The notes: generated from the sequence alone by a model not told the origin. Positions 15,881-25,690 are shown, numbered from the stretch's first letter. The stretch: DNA of 31,268 nt from a virus (IMGVR_UViG_3300037171_000022:1-31268), one strand, 5' to 3'. A program made the numbers and translations.

Positions 15881-17201
15881 TTGGAGTACCTCCTTCTGCT
15901 GGTTTGGGTTTAGTTATTGCTGGAATAGGTACCACTCCAACTTGAAGCAACTTGTAGTTAAACTTATCAAGAGAATCATCAGCTTGATCTTGAATTCCTG
16001 CTAGATCATCAGTGGCTTGCTCATAGGAAGCATTTGCCTTCTCGTATGCAGGAGTACCTGAAGTAAGTGCTGCTAGGTTATTCTCCATAGCATCAACTCG
16101 TGCTTGAGCTGCTTCCATCCTTCCATCCCACTCTCGCGCACTTTGTTCCGCTGCATTTTGAACAAGTGTAGGATCAGCATTTCGCATATTCAAAACTTTC
16201 TGCTCACGCTGCACGGCTAAGTCAGATGAGTAATTTGCCAGTCTGCGAGCTTTTTGCTCCTCTAAACCAAGTAGAGATTTTCTATCTTCAAGGCGCTGCC
16301 TTCTTTGTTCGTCTCTTGCTACAATTTCTTCGTGTTGTTTCTGTAATTGAGTCTGCTGCTGAAGTAGTGCAATTTCTCGCGGTGTTTGCGCTTTGTATGC
16401 TTCGACTAGAGCTTTTTCTTGAGCCTGTTGCTGCGCAAGTTGCGCTTGTGCCATCTGATTAGGCGCCAGCGTCTGAGGCTGAGACTTAGCAAATGCCGCG
16501 CCAAAATTCTGTGCACCTTTTGGATTATTCTCGGCAGCGAACTTCTGCTTCGCTGCCTTAGCTGCTTCTATCTTTTCTCTGATACCTTTAGCATTCTTGA
16601 TTGCCGCTTGCACAGCAGCGTGTTCTTCGGTCTTATTATTAGAAGGATCAATATAATCAATATTGAGTCCTTTTGCCAGAGCCTTTCTCAACTTAGGATC
16701 AGAAGTTATACCATCTCTTACTTTGGTATTCTGATCAATAAGTTGCTGAGCTTTCTGCGCTGTAGCGTTATCGCCGATAGCTGTAGCAGAATCATGCTGT
16801 TGTTGAGCTTCATCTATTGCTGCCTGCGCTGTGAAGAGTTTGGTCGCTGCATCTGTAAGATGAGTCCGCTTCTGCTCTTTCTCCGCCGTGATAACTTTAC
16901 TCACAGCATTTCCAGCGGAGTTAATCATATTAGAGATAGCCTCACCTTTACTACGAGGTCGCTCATAGGGAGTCTGATTTTGAGGAGCTTCGCCGATAGG
17001 TTTTGTTAGTGCCGATGGAATTTGACCTACATGTGAACCACTCACAGGAGTGATCGCCTCGCGCATAAGTCTCTGCTGCATTGCTGCGTCACTCTGAATC
17101 TGCTGTAATCGTGCTCCGATATCAACTCCATCGTTACTTGCTCCACTATTACCTACAGAGGTAGGTACAGTACCAATCGACGTAGTTTCTGTTGGACCCA
17201 T
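15792..17201 (-). CDS. Putative DNA ejection protein, coiled-coil (469 aa)
   Basis: Q/A/E-rich coiled coils, GGAGG SD, position after the pilot-like gene. Confidence 0.55.
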   Translation of the reverse strand: MGPTETTSIGTVPTSVGNSGASNDGVDIGARLQQIQSDAAMQQRLMREAITPVSGSHVGQIPSALTKPIGEAPQNQTPYERPRSKGEAISNMINSAGNAVSKVITAEKEQKRTHLTDAATKLFTAQAAIDEAQQQHDSATAIGDNATAQKAQQLIDQNTKVRDGITSDPKLRKALAKGLNIDYIDPSNNKTEEHAAVQAAIKNAKGIREKIEAAKAAKQKFAAENNPKGAQNFGAAFAKSQPQTLAPNQMAQAQLAQQQAQEKALVEAYKAQTPREIALLQQQTQLQKQHEEIVARDEQRRQRLEDRKSLLGLEEQKARRLANYSSDLAVQREQKVLNMRNADPTLVQNAAEQSAREWDGRMEAAQARVDAMENNLAALTSGTPAYEKANASYEQATDDLAGIQDQADDSLDKFNYKLLQVGVVPIPAITKPKPAEGGTPSVTTTAPGTGNSFTDWFKAPPSQPIETVR

Positions 17202-17211
17202 CTTATCCTCC

Positions 17212-17850
17212 TTAAATTATGCCAGCTTTGATAGATGCGCCTGCAATACTACCAGCCGCTCCAATAGCACTGCCGGCGATTTCCCACGGCATCATAGATT
17301 GTTCTGCTGTGTAGTTCTCTGCCGGAGATTCCATACCTTGAATCATGTTCTCTTCCATCTGCTCACCAGATTCAGTCAGGTTAGCACTCTCACCAGCAAT
17401 AGAGGCTGTTTCTTGAGCTTGAAGATTTGCATCAGCGATGCCAGCTACACTAGAATTAGCTGATACTCCACCAGCGCCAAGTGCCGCATTAGTTTGAGCT
17501 TGCGCAGTAGCCATTTGCGGTTGGAGGGACTTAACATAATCCTGCAAAACCACAGAATTAGTTCCACTAACCGAACCGAGAAAACCACTGATATCTCCAC
17601 CAACACCGCCACCAAAAATGTTATTAAGTTCTGCTCCAGAAGCTTCAGTACTTGCAGCTGGTACAGTTCCTGTAGCAGTAGTAGCGGGTACAAGCGGATT
17701 GGCGGTCGATGCTCCTGTTGTGGATGCAAGTGTAGAAGTTGCTCCGGGAAGTGCCTGCATCGCCGTTCCTGTTTTCACACTTCCAGATGTTGGCGTTGTC
17801 TGGTTATTTCCTGCCGGATTCGAGTACGGAACCATGCTATTTGTGGCCAT
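17212..17850 (-). CDS. Putative pilot/DNA ejection protein
   Basis: A/G/S/T-rich with C-terminal IAGSAIGAAGSIAGASI glycine-zipper-like segment; ATG 17850 preferred. Confidence 0.55.
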   Translation of the reverse strand: MATNSMVPYSNPAGNNQTTPTSGSVKTGTAMQALPGATSTLASTTGASTANPLVPATTATGTVPAASTEASGAELNNIFGGGVGGDISGFLGSVSGTNSVVLQDYVKSLQPQMATAQAQTNAALGAGGVSANSSVAGIADANLQAQETASIAGESANLTESGEQMEENMIQGMESPAENYTAEQSMMPWEIAGSAIGAAGSIAGASIKAGII

Positions 17851-17851
17851 C

Positions 17852-18622
17852 TTACACACTCCCCATTCTCAGGCGCATCCGCCTTGTAGTTGTTCCTTGA
17901 TCTCGATTACGCTGTGAGGTACGCTGAAAAATAAGTCCCGGCGCGCCTTCGATTCCTGCGCTAGTTTGAAACTTCTGATCTCCGTACAGAGATGTATGAA
18001 GTTCTGTCTTCTTATCGGCTAAATTTACCGTCGGCGCTATTCTGATTGCCGTGGCATATTCTAAAATCTCCTGCCACTCATCAGCCATCATAATCTGTTG
18101 TGCTGCGAATGCTGCCGCTGCGACGGTATTAGTAGGTGCAATCACAGTCTGTGAAAGTGGATGCTGTGTCTGATAGCGCATGTAACAGTTATAAGTGTTA
18201 TCAGGCATTGAAGCGAGATAGATTAGATTGTTATTTCTAGTCCAATACATTGGTAAGCCAGGAATGTTCAACAATACTTCAATCGAATCAGGACTACGAA
18301 ACTTTAAGTCATAACCAGCATTGGTTGCAAGATTCGAGAGCGAGGGTACTGAGTAAGGATTATTGAAAATGAAAAACGAATTGACCTTACTTATATCCAA
18401 CGGTGCTTCTGTTGGTTGTAAGAAGAAATTTGCTGCATAGTTATTCTGATATGCTGTCAAACTTACAATCGGACCAGTATCTTCCAACAGAGGATGTTTA
18501 TAATCCGTTGTCAGCTCCAGCACCGACTTTCTGATAGCCTCCATCATCACAGTAGTAGCAATGGTGCGATTCATCATAAGTCCAGTAATTCCCGCGACAC
18601 AATCACTAGCAAGAAAACTCAT
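17852..18622 (-). CDS. Head-tail adaptor (tail tubular protein A-like)
   Basis: GLPMYW...IYLASMPDNTY...Y and EWQEILEYATAIRIA follow the podoviral adaptor pattern. Confidence 0.6.
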   Translation of the reverse strand: MSFLASDCVAGITGLMMNRTIATTVMMEAIRKSVLELTTDYKHPLLEDTGPIVSLTAYQNNYAANFFLQPTEAPLDISKVNSFFIFNNPYSVPSLSNLATNAGYDLKFRSPDSIEVLLNIPGLPMYWTRNNNLIYLASMPDNTYNCYMRYQTQHPLSQTVIAPTNTVAAAAFAAQQIMMADEWQEILEYATAIRIAPTVNLADKKTELHTSLYGDQKFQTSAGIEGAPGLIFQRTSQRNRDQGTTTRRMRLRMGSV

Positions 18623-18631
18623 ATAGACTCC

Positions 18632-19024
18632 TTAGAACACATACAACGTAGCGTTTGCTGTTGGGTCAGATGGTAAAAGTGTGATACTGTTTTCATCCGG
18701 TGCTACAGGTTGACAATGAGTGAGTTGCTTATCAGAACTTACGATGTGACAACCTATCGGTTGCCGCAGCAGTCCGTGGTTGATAACCAAATTACCAGAA
18801 GCGGGCCATGTGTAAGTATTGTCAGTACTACCAGTAGCGCCAACTCTAATAAGAACACCAGAGCCATTTCCTTTTTTAAACTCGTTATACTGTCCTGTTG
18901 AGTCCTTTGAAGTTGGAGTTCCCATGTCAACATTACCAGTAAGAACTTGATGTACAGACTGTAGCACTTGCCTGTGCTGCTCCGGCAATGTGTGTGCAAA
19001 CGTATTAGGATCTTTTGGTAACAT
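18632..19024 (-). CDS. Small virion/tail protein (130 aa)
   Basis: C-terminal INHGLLRQP beta-rich motif seen in tail proteins; TAATG coupling with the upstream gene. Confidence 0.5.
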   Translation of the reverse strand: MLPKDPNTFAHTLPEQHRQVLQSVHQVLTGNVDMGTPTSKDSTGQYNEFKKGNGSGVLIRVGATGSTDNTYTWPASGNLVINHGLLRQPIGCHIVSSDKQLTHCQPVAPDENSITLLPSDPTANATLYVF

Positions 19025-21936
19025 TATACTGGCCTCTGTTTCGGATCAAACGAGCCAAAAACTGCTATCTTCACAATATAGAGTTGCGATACTCCCGTAT
19101 CAAGATATCGTGGTATAGTAATTGAGAGCTGCGGAGAATGTACCGTAAAAGCTCCCGAAGTAGTCGTTGAAGATGGAAACACCGGGAACTCTGTTGGCGT
19201 TGTCATATTTAGAGAATCTGCCGTGAGTACCAGAGAGCCAAAAGTTATGCCGTTAAAACTGAAGTTCAAAGTCGTAGCCTCGGTAATATTACCCATCAAT
19301 GAAATATACAATCCATCAATCGTAATATCACGTCCGAAACTAATCTCTTCAACTGGAAAAGTCACAGTTGGAGCATTAGAATTAACTGATATACTGTCTG
19401 GTACTCTGTCAATAAAGCTACAAAAAGTAGGTGCTGTCACCCCTAAAATAGAGTTACCACCTTGTTGACTTTGTACTAGTTGATTAGAACCTTGTATATT
19501 TGCAGACTCACTCACATTTAAGTTCGCAAAAATTCCTAAGAAGGAACTAAAAACTATTTCATCAGATGAAGTAGTTACTGCAAGTTGTGTCCAGGTTTTA
19601 TTCGAAGCATTAAATAAGAATAAGAAATGCTCTAATTGAAAGCAGAAGAGTACTATGATACCCTGACCAGTAAATATAGCACAAGAGCCAGCAGATAATA
19701 GAAGCGTCGTCGCAGCAAGCGTTCTAAAAAACAACGCTTTAATTTTTTGTCCGATGGAACTTATAGAATTTGAGATTTGATAAATATCTGAATTACCTAC
19801 AAAAGCTCCTGTCTGATCGTACTGACAGATCAAAGTTGCAACTTGCGCTCCTTCTCCTTCATCACCGAGTCCAATATGAGAAAAGTTGAACGGGGATGAG
19901 GCATTTCCTGTAGCTGTGGCATAACTTACACCTTGCGAACGAATGATAAAAGCTGTACCACTCGTTACAATCAGGCCAGTGAGATAGTCTCCAATATCTG
20001 CAACTTGATCAAATCCCGCTCCTGAAACATTGTTATCAAGTCCCAGCGTTGCCCAGGTATCTAGGTCATCAGTAGCACTCCACAGAAACATCATATCTTG
20101 AGCCGTGTCCTGTACATTAGGAGGATCAATTTTACCAAGTCCGATGAGCGAGCCAGCAAACTTGCGAAGTACACGTACACCTTGTAGAGTCGTAGAGGTA
20201 GCAAGTGAGCCTGGACCACTATACTTGATAATCATTGGTCCAACATTACCAATGTAAAGAGTTCCACCTACAGAAACTATCGAAGCCTGAGAAGGAAGCG
20301 TTGTAATAAGTTGATTTCCACTTCCACCTGTACTACTTCCATCTGTAAGATGTGTAGCTGTTCTAACAGAGAAGTAGTAATACGAGGGACTTCCACCAGT
20401 AATAACAGATAAATCCTGTGCCGTAATTGTGTTTCCAAGCGAACCAGACCTGATTGAAGTCAGAGTTAGAGAACTTGCACTAACATTAACAGCCGCAGTC
20501 ACATTCTGATCCGGTTGTGTACTCGCAGAGTCAGCCCCACCATTATTTATAGCATCTCTCATTGCATCAAGTACGATGAGAGGTGTAGTAGATACAGTAT
20601 TTACTGGCGCCGGACCTACGATACCAACTAGATAATAGGTAGACAAAACAGGAGCATTAAGACCAGAAGTTTCGAGTCCTGTGCTTACAAGCTGTACACC
20701 TGTTATACCATCCGCTCCGACAGAAGTAATCTCAACCCATACGGTTGAGTTACCAGAACTATCCTCAGCGAGCGTATTTACATCATCAAAAGCCCAGCCA
20801 AGTCCGGTACTGGTAGTATGGGCAGAAGCGAGCATGTAAACTTCGCCAACATTATAACCTGTGCCAGCAGTATTAGAAGCTGTTGCTAGAGATAAGTTAG
20901 CAATGGCTACATCTGAAAAAGCGATTCTCGGTTCTTGAGTGAAAAGATTTATAAAAGTTCCACCTTGGTAAACCCCTGTCACAGAAAACGCCGCCCCAGA
21001 ACTAGTATACGTTGGTGTAACACCGGAACTGCCATTTGATATGACAGTATACGTATTAGTCCCAAACGGTCCCACAATCTCCAAAATTACATCACTTGCA
21101 CTTGTAGTTACTAAGATAGCCGTTGTTATGCTATAACCCCAACCTGCTGTAGAAAGAGCGACAGCATGATTTGCACCATTGATATAAGTAGTATTAAATG
21201 AATTAGGAACAATCGTAAGTCCTGTAATAGCTCCTGTACCAGCATTGATAGAAGATACTGTTACTTGTGCCGTCGCATTAGAACCTTGGACAAGCCAAAA
21301 AGTTTCACCTACTGCGTAATTGATACCACCAGCATTTATACTTACGGTGCTTACGATTCCAGGCAAGGTAAATTCAAAAGCGCCAGATTGTGCTGGACCT
21401 GAGATAGAGGTTATCGCTGTGACGTTAATAATAGCGCCAGAACCGGCAGTTCCTGAACTTGAGGCATCCAAGTTCATAGTAAGTGTAGCAAATGTACCAG
21501 TCTCTACGCTACTATAAAGTGTATTTGTAAGAGTATCATTCCAGAATTGCATTATATCCTCTGGATTCCAAGAAGTCATGTAAAATGTATAAGCTACTCC
21601 AGAAGATGAATTTCCTGTTGCAGGAATAAAAGCTGTTGTATAACCAAGAGCGTAGTTAAGAGTGCCATAAGTAGTATTGTAGAAATTTCCAAAGCCAATT
21701 AGTATTACTCCAGCAGTTCCACTCCACAAAGTGGGCACTGAGACAGGGTTTAACGATGCCGTAACAAGTTTATTATCTACAACAATAAACCCATCGCAAT
21801 TAGCAAAGCACGCCGGATCAATATAAGCCGGCGGCGCAGACGTATCCACGCCGCCGAAGGGAGCTTCTTTTCCACCGTAGGTAATTTCAAGCCCTATATT
21901 ACCATTCGATAGTTCTGTTGTTTGGATAGCGCCCAT
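19024..21936 (-). CDS. Tail nozzle/stabilisation-like protein with a large S/T/G-rich insertion
   Basis: N-terminal PFGGVDTSAPP..ID; beta-propeller-like blades (GGTLYIGN, FAGSLIGL, FLWSATDDLDTW, IGQKIK) flanking about 400 aa of beta-rich insert. Confidence 0.55.
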   Translation of the reverse strand: MGAIQTTELSNGNIGLEITYGGKEAPFGGVDTSAPPAYIDPACFANCDGFIVVDNKLVTASLNPVSVPTLWSGTAGVILIGFGNFYNTTYGTLNYALGYTTAFIPATGNSSSGVAYTFYMTSWNPEDIMQFWNDTLTNTLYSSVETGTFATLTMNLDASSSGTAGSGAIINVTAITSISGPAQSGAFEFTLPGIVSTVSINAGGINYAVGETFWLVQGSNATAQVTVSSINAGTGAITGLTIVPNSFNTTYINGANHAVALSTAGWGYSITTAILVTTSASDVILEIVGPFGTNTYTVISNGSSGVTPTYTSSGAAFSVTGVYQGGTFINLFTQEPRIAFSDVAIANLSLATASNTAGTGYNVGEVYMLASAHTTSTGLGWAFDDVNTLAEDSSGNSTVWVEITSVGADGITGVQLVSTGLETSGLNAPVLSTYYLVGIVGPAPVNTVSTTPLIVLDAMRDAINNGGADSASTQPDQNVTAAVNVSASSLTLTSIRSGSLGNTITAQDLSVITGGSPSYYYFSVRTATHLTDGSSTGGSGNQLITTLPSQASIVSVGGTLYIGNVGPMIIKYSGPGSLATSTTLQGVRVLRKFAGSLIGLGKIDPPNVQDTAQDMMFLWSATDDLDTWATLGLDNNVSGAGFDQVADIGDYLTGLIVTSGTAFIIRSQGVSYATATGNASSPFNFSHIGLGDEGEGAQVATLICQYDQTGAFVGNSDIYQISNSISSIGQKIKALFFRTLAATTLLLSAGSCAIFTGQGIIVLFCFQLEHFLFLFNASNKTWTQLAVTTSSDEIVFSSFLGIFANLNVSESANIQGSNQLVQSQQGGNSILGVTAPTFCSFIDRVPDSISVNSNAPTVTFPVEEISFGRDITIDGLYISLMGNITEATTLNFSFNGITFGSLVLTADSLNMTTPTEFPVFPSSTTTSGAFTVHSPQLSITIPRYLDTGVSQLYIVKIAVFGSFDPKQRPV

Positions 21937-21945
21937 TATCTACTC

Positions 21946-22224
21946 CTACTTGGTTGCCAGAAACAAGTCAACTTCTCCAGTGAAGGTACCGCTAAACGTA
22001 AGCGGTCCAGAGAGCCAACCCATTTCGTAGAATGTCATCTGCGTGTCTACTCCAGACGAAGTGAAGGTATAAGCTCTACCTGCCTCGTCTGTAATGATGA
22101 ACGTCTGTCCAGCAGCCGTCATACCAGTCCACGAACCGCCTTTGACTTTCACATTCGCCGCGCCAAAAGGAGTAGTTCCGCCAGTTGTGATCTTCCAGAT
22201 ACGCCCTGAGAAATCATTCGCCAT
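21946..22224 (-). CDS. Small beta-rich virion protein (92 aa)
   Basis: AAGGAG SD; position in the structural operon. Confidence 0.6.
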   Translation of the reverse strand: MANDFSGRIWKITTGGTTPFGAANVKVKGGSWTGMTAAGQTFIITDEAGRAYTFTSSGVDTQMTFYEMGWLSGPLTFSGTFTGEVDLFLATK

Positions 22225-22239
22225 CTCGGTACTCCTTTC

Positions 22240-22926
22240 TTAGTTAAAGTTATAGTGACAGTGGAATACGGCACCGTAGAAAATAGCAGAGCCGGCAGCT
22301 TGAGTAGTCAGGTTAAGGTTAAACAAGATCTCCGCATCTGCTGATGTAATCATCGCAGGAGTTGTGACCGGCACATTTGTTACATAAGGCTGTGCCTGTA
22401 CTGCGGTTGGAAGTCCGTTAGCACCAAGGGCAATCAAGCTTGTAACCGCCGGTGCGGTATTATTTACAAACACTGTCTTTGTCAGTCCGACAGTGGCAGT
22501 TGTAAGAGCCGCGCCAGTGACAGTATAGATGACATCTATACTATCAATCTGCATACCCTTTGGAACCGGCCCACGTTGAAGATTTCCAAGCGTTGCCAAG
22601 CCAGCAGCAAGAATCGGCGGAATCCCTGCCAGTAGAGCCAATGGACCGCTAGTATTTGCTACAGTCGTAGGTCCAGCAACTCCTGCCGCAGTTCCAAACT
22701 GCTCTTGGTCATACGAAGACGCATACATACCAGTACGTAGCCAAGGTTCAACATTCGAGAACAATGTAGCAGCAAGTGAGGCCGCTAGCGTCTGGCTTGC
22801 AAGTCCAGCACCCTGCGTCGCATTCACAACATGTGCTGACGTGTCAATGAAATCATCGAAGCCTAGGAAAAACTGAAGGTCTGGATAGGACGTGTTTCCT
22901 TCAAACCTTCCTTCAGAAATACTCAT
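22240..22926 (-). CDS. Putative virion structural protein (228 aa)
   Basis: AAGGAG SD; A/T/G-rich with alternating beta-strand pattern. Confidence 0.6.
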   Translation of the reverse strand: MSISEGRFEGNTSYPDLQFFLGFDDFIDTSAHVVNATQGAGLASQTLAASLAATLFSNVEPWLRTGMYASSYDQEQFGTAAGVAGPTTVANTSGPLALLAGIPPILAAGLATLGNLQRGPVPKGMQIDSIDVIYTVTGAALTTATVGLTKTVFVNNTAPAVTSLIALGANGLPTAVQAQPYVTNVPVTTPAMITSADAEILFNLNLTTQAAGSAIFYGAVFHCHYNFN

Positions 22927-22956
22927 AACATCTCCTTTTCCAGCGCCTTCGCGCTC

Positions 22957-23238
22957 TTAAACTAGGAAATCCTCTACTTCTTCGGCAAAGTCTGGATTAC
23001 GAAGTTTTTCTACAGGTGCGAATTCTTCTTTTCCATCAGTGAGTACCTGCGCTATCTTAATATCTCTCTCACCAAGCAATCCCGGAGTACCGTCAGAATC
23101 TTGACACTTCGGACAAAGAAGAAGTCCACGTTCCCATTTCATTAGTGCGATCTTAGTCTTACTATCACACCGATCACAGTAATGCCATGCACCTGTAAGA
23201 TGTGTGTGCCGTAATCCAGTCTGTGCGAAGAAGCTCAT
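22957..23238 (-). CDS. Small zinc-ribbon protein
   Basis: CDRC...WERGLLLCPKC; AGAGG SD; downstream of the capsid gene. Confidence 0.7.
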   Translation of the reverse strand: MSFFAQTGLRHTHLTGAWHYCDRCDSKTKIALMKWERGLLLCPKCQDSDGTPGLLGERDIKIAQVLTDGKEEFAPVEKLRNPDFAEEVEDFLV

Positions 23239-23310
23239 TTTGAATCCTCTGAGTAGTTAGGGGGCGGGAGCAGGAGCGCGCCCCCTTCCACTCTCCGTAA
23301 CGATACTCTG

Positions 23311-23946
23311 TTACGAAACTTGACTACTTGCGAGTATCTCAGCAAACTTGTCTTGAGAAATCCCTAGGTTCTTAAGCGTCTCTCTTAACTGCTGAGTTTG
23401 TTTTTGTTTCTTGCTGTTTGCAAGTCTGTGTTGTCTTAGAACATCTGGGTCGATTTTTTGGCTTAACGGACCAAGTTTCAAACCCACATTGTTTGAATAT
23501 TCCTGCAAAGTCTTACCTGTGTGAAAAATCTTATCTTTCATTTCCTGAATGAAATCCGCCGTAGTTTTGTTACTCTTGTGAGGACATTCTCCAAACTGTC
23601 CTTTAGCCCAGTTACAGTTGATACAGAGCAATTGATACTTATCTTTCGGCCAGCCTTCTCGTCTAGCATCAGAATAAATCTGTTCGTTGTTGTTAGACGT
23701 ATACTGTGCTCTGTGTGCTGAGCCACCACCGTCTAAATGATCCAATGTTAGAAAATGTGGATTATCTTCCCCACAACACTGGCATTTCCAACCAAATACT
23801 TCAAGCATTTCAAGTTTGAGTTGCGCTCTGTATTTCCTGCCGTAACAAGCTTTGCAGACGTGTTTTCTGATACTTCCATCAGGATTTCTTTCAAACTTCT
23901 CAACTGATTTAGTTTCTTTGCAGTTCTCACAGTACTTGGTTTCCAT
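23311..23946 (-). CDS. HNH endonuclease with N-terminal Zn ribbon and partial C-terminal XRE-like HTH
   Basis: CENC/CKAC; CQCCGE...LTLDHLDGGG...QLLCINCNWAK; tail LRETLKNLGISQDKFAEIL. Confidence 0.85.
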   Translation of the reverse strand: METKYCENCKETKSVEKFERNPDGSIRKHVCKACYGRKYRAQLKLEMLEVFGWKCQCCGEDNPHFLTLDHLDGGGSAHRAQYTSNNNEQIYSDARREGWPKDKYQLLCINCNWAKGQFGECPHKSNKTTADFIQEMKDKIFHTGKTLQEYSNNVGLKLGPLSQKIDPDVLRQHRLANSKKQKQTQQLRETLKNLGISQDKFAEILASSQVS

Positions 23947-23967
23947 TTTTGAAACCCTCCCAGAACA

Positions 23968-23996
23968 ATGGTATCACCTATGGGGCATTTTGTCAA
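23968..23996 (-). promoter_or_regulatory. Sigma70-type promoter for the HNH gene
   Basis: On the - strand, TTGACA (23996-23991), 17-nt spacer ending TGA, TACCAT (23973-23968): a consensus -35 and an extended -10. Confidence 0.75.
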
Positions 23997-24036
23997 GGAG
24001 GGTTTTTTCGGGGCTAACCCCTTTGTTTTCAAGTAC

Positions 24037-24996
24037 TTACGGCCCTTGAGTCCCCCATACCCCTTGCCAACGAGGACACCAGGCGGCCACTCTCATACGA
24101 GTCTTCTGCTTGATAGCATCAGTGTCGAAGTCATCATCAAACTCCGTTGTAGGAGCTTCACGATTGACCACTTGCAAGGCATGATCTGCTTTTTCTGCAA
24201 CCAAGAACCAAGCAGACGGCGAGTTAAGCCAAGGAACTTCAAGATTCTTGTAATCCTCAGGCAACAGAGAATTGATCGTATTATCTCCTGTATAGGGCTT
24301 ACCCGGAGAACCAAGAATCTCTCGAACCAAGAACCGAAGTTCAGGAGGAGTAATGAGATTCGCCCATTTGAGCCGAATCGGGAAGCCCATGTTATCTACC
24401 ATGCGGGAAGCGTGGTTAGTAGCAAGTTGAAGACCTGCTACTGAAAAATCCACATCTACAGAAGGTCGGTTAGGATAAGTTCCCGGCGCAGAAATAACGC
24501 CAGCCAATCCTGGACCAATCGCTGTAGCCTGTGCGCCACCGAGCAGAGCATGAGCATTGTAGAAAAGAGGATTACCGTCGAATGTAGTAACCGAAGATGT
24601 AAATCCTTGATTGAGCACATTCCATGAAATCATCTCTTTGGTAAATGCCGCAGACCGTGCCAGCAACGTCGGACCCTTTTTCCCGACAAGGCCATACTTG
24701 TCATCGTCATACAGTTCCTTGGAAGTCCTAATACCAAGAGAGTACGTCAGAGGCTCGACTCTCTTAGAAGCTCCCTGCTTCATCTCTGTATAAGTAGTAG
24801 AAGCATTTTCAGGCTTTTCAAGTAGCACAGAGATGCCTGCCATCTCAAGCTCTTGTTCATACTCAGAGTCAGAATCTACCTCATGAAACACCTTAGGATA
24901 GTCTGACGATTTCAACTGATTGTCAAGGCAATCGAAGTAAATCTTCTTAAGCCCCGGCTGCATCAGCTGTGCGAATTTTGCTCTAACTTGAGGCAT
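24037..24996 (-). CDS. Major capsid protein (HK97 fold, Mu gpT-like)
   Basis: 319 aa; LMQPGL, EKPE, YSLGIRTSKELYDDD, LITPPEL, PWLNSPSAWFL, DFDTD; position after the scaffold. Confidence 0.85.
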   Translation of the reverse strand: MPQVRAKFAQLMQPGLKKIYFDCLDNQLKSSDYPKVFHEVDSDSEYEQELEMAGISVLLEKPENASTTYTEMKQGASKRVEPLTYSLGIRTSKELYDDDKYGLVGKKGPTLLARSAAFTKEMISWNVLNQGFTSSVTTFDGNPLFYNAHALLGGAQATAIGPGLAGVISAPGTYPNRPSVDVDFSVAGLQLATNHASRMVDNMGFPIRLKWANLITPPELRFLVREILGSPGKPYTGDNTINSLLPEDYKNLEVPWLNSPSAWFLVAEKADHALQVVNREAPTTEFDDDFDTDAIKQKTRMRVAAWCPRWQGVWGTQGP

Positions 24997-25011
24997 AGAA
25001 ATCTCCTTCGA

Positions 25012-25635
25012 TTAAGCTACTTGGATCGCTGCGGTTAGAAAGACGAAGTTGACAAGAGAATTGAGTCCCGGTCCCATTGGAAGACCGACGACCTGCACGA
25101 TAGCAGAACCGCCAGTCTTACCACCGTCAACATACCAGTAACCATTGGCATCCTTGGTCATACCAAGAATAGCACCAACAGTAGCCTGTGTGGTAGTCCA
25201 ATTAGCGGTCACAGTGCCAGTGGAGTTATCATACAGAGCCTGGAAGATATTATTCTGATTTGGCTCCATATACAGAGTACGTCCATCAGTAACCGGCGTA
25301 CCAAGTGCCATATTCACACCCAAAGGCTGATTAACTACTGAGCCATAGGTTTGAATTGTGATGTTTCCTGTCACACCACCAAACGGCGCTACGGGAGCAC
25401 CAAGACCTGCGCTACCAAGGTTAGCACCAAAGGACTCTGCTACTCCTAGAATCCCAGCCGTCACTGTAGTACCATCCCAGGCCTGCGCGAATCCTGTGCC
25501 ATTCAACTGCACAGGAGTTCCTGACAAGAAGGTTTGTCCCGCTGCTTCGGGTTGAGAGCTGGTAAACGGCGTAGTACCCGCCTTCTCCAGCACTTGTAGA
25601 ATCGGCAGATGTGTGGTAAGATTTGCCGCTGCCAT
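25012..25635 (-). CDS. Putative capsid decoration/cement protein
   Basis: G/T/A-rich; FLSGTPVQL...ILGV pattern; immediately upstream of the MCP. Confidence 0.55.
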   Translation of the reverse strand: MAAANLTTHLPILQVLEKAGTTPFTSSQPEAAGQTFLSGTPVQLNGTGFAQAWDGTTVTAGILGVAESFGANLGSAGLGAPVAPFGGVTGNITIQTYGSVVNQPLGVNMALGTPVTDGRTLYMEPNQNNIFQALYDNSTGTVTANWTTTQATVGAILGMTKDANGYWYVDGGKTGGSAIVQVVGLPMGPGLNSLVNFVFLTAAIQVA

Positions 25636-25690
25636 ATGCTCTCCTCATTTGCTGTTAGGGCGATGCCTGCTACACCGCGGGGTTTTTAGG

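Noticed and set aside
24012-24040. Possible dif/att-like site (GCTAACCCCTTTGTTTTCAAGTACTTAC) at the capsid stop
   Set aside because: Only a vague resemblance; single copy and no recombinase in the window.
24037-24070. Programmed frameshift or read-through extending the capsid protein
   Set aside because: No slippery heptamer before the TAA, and the downstream sequence is explained by the HNH promoter.
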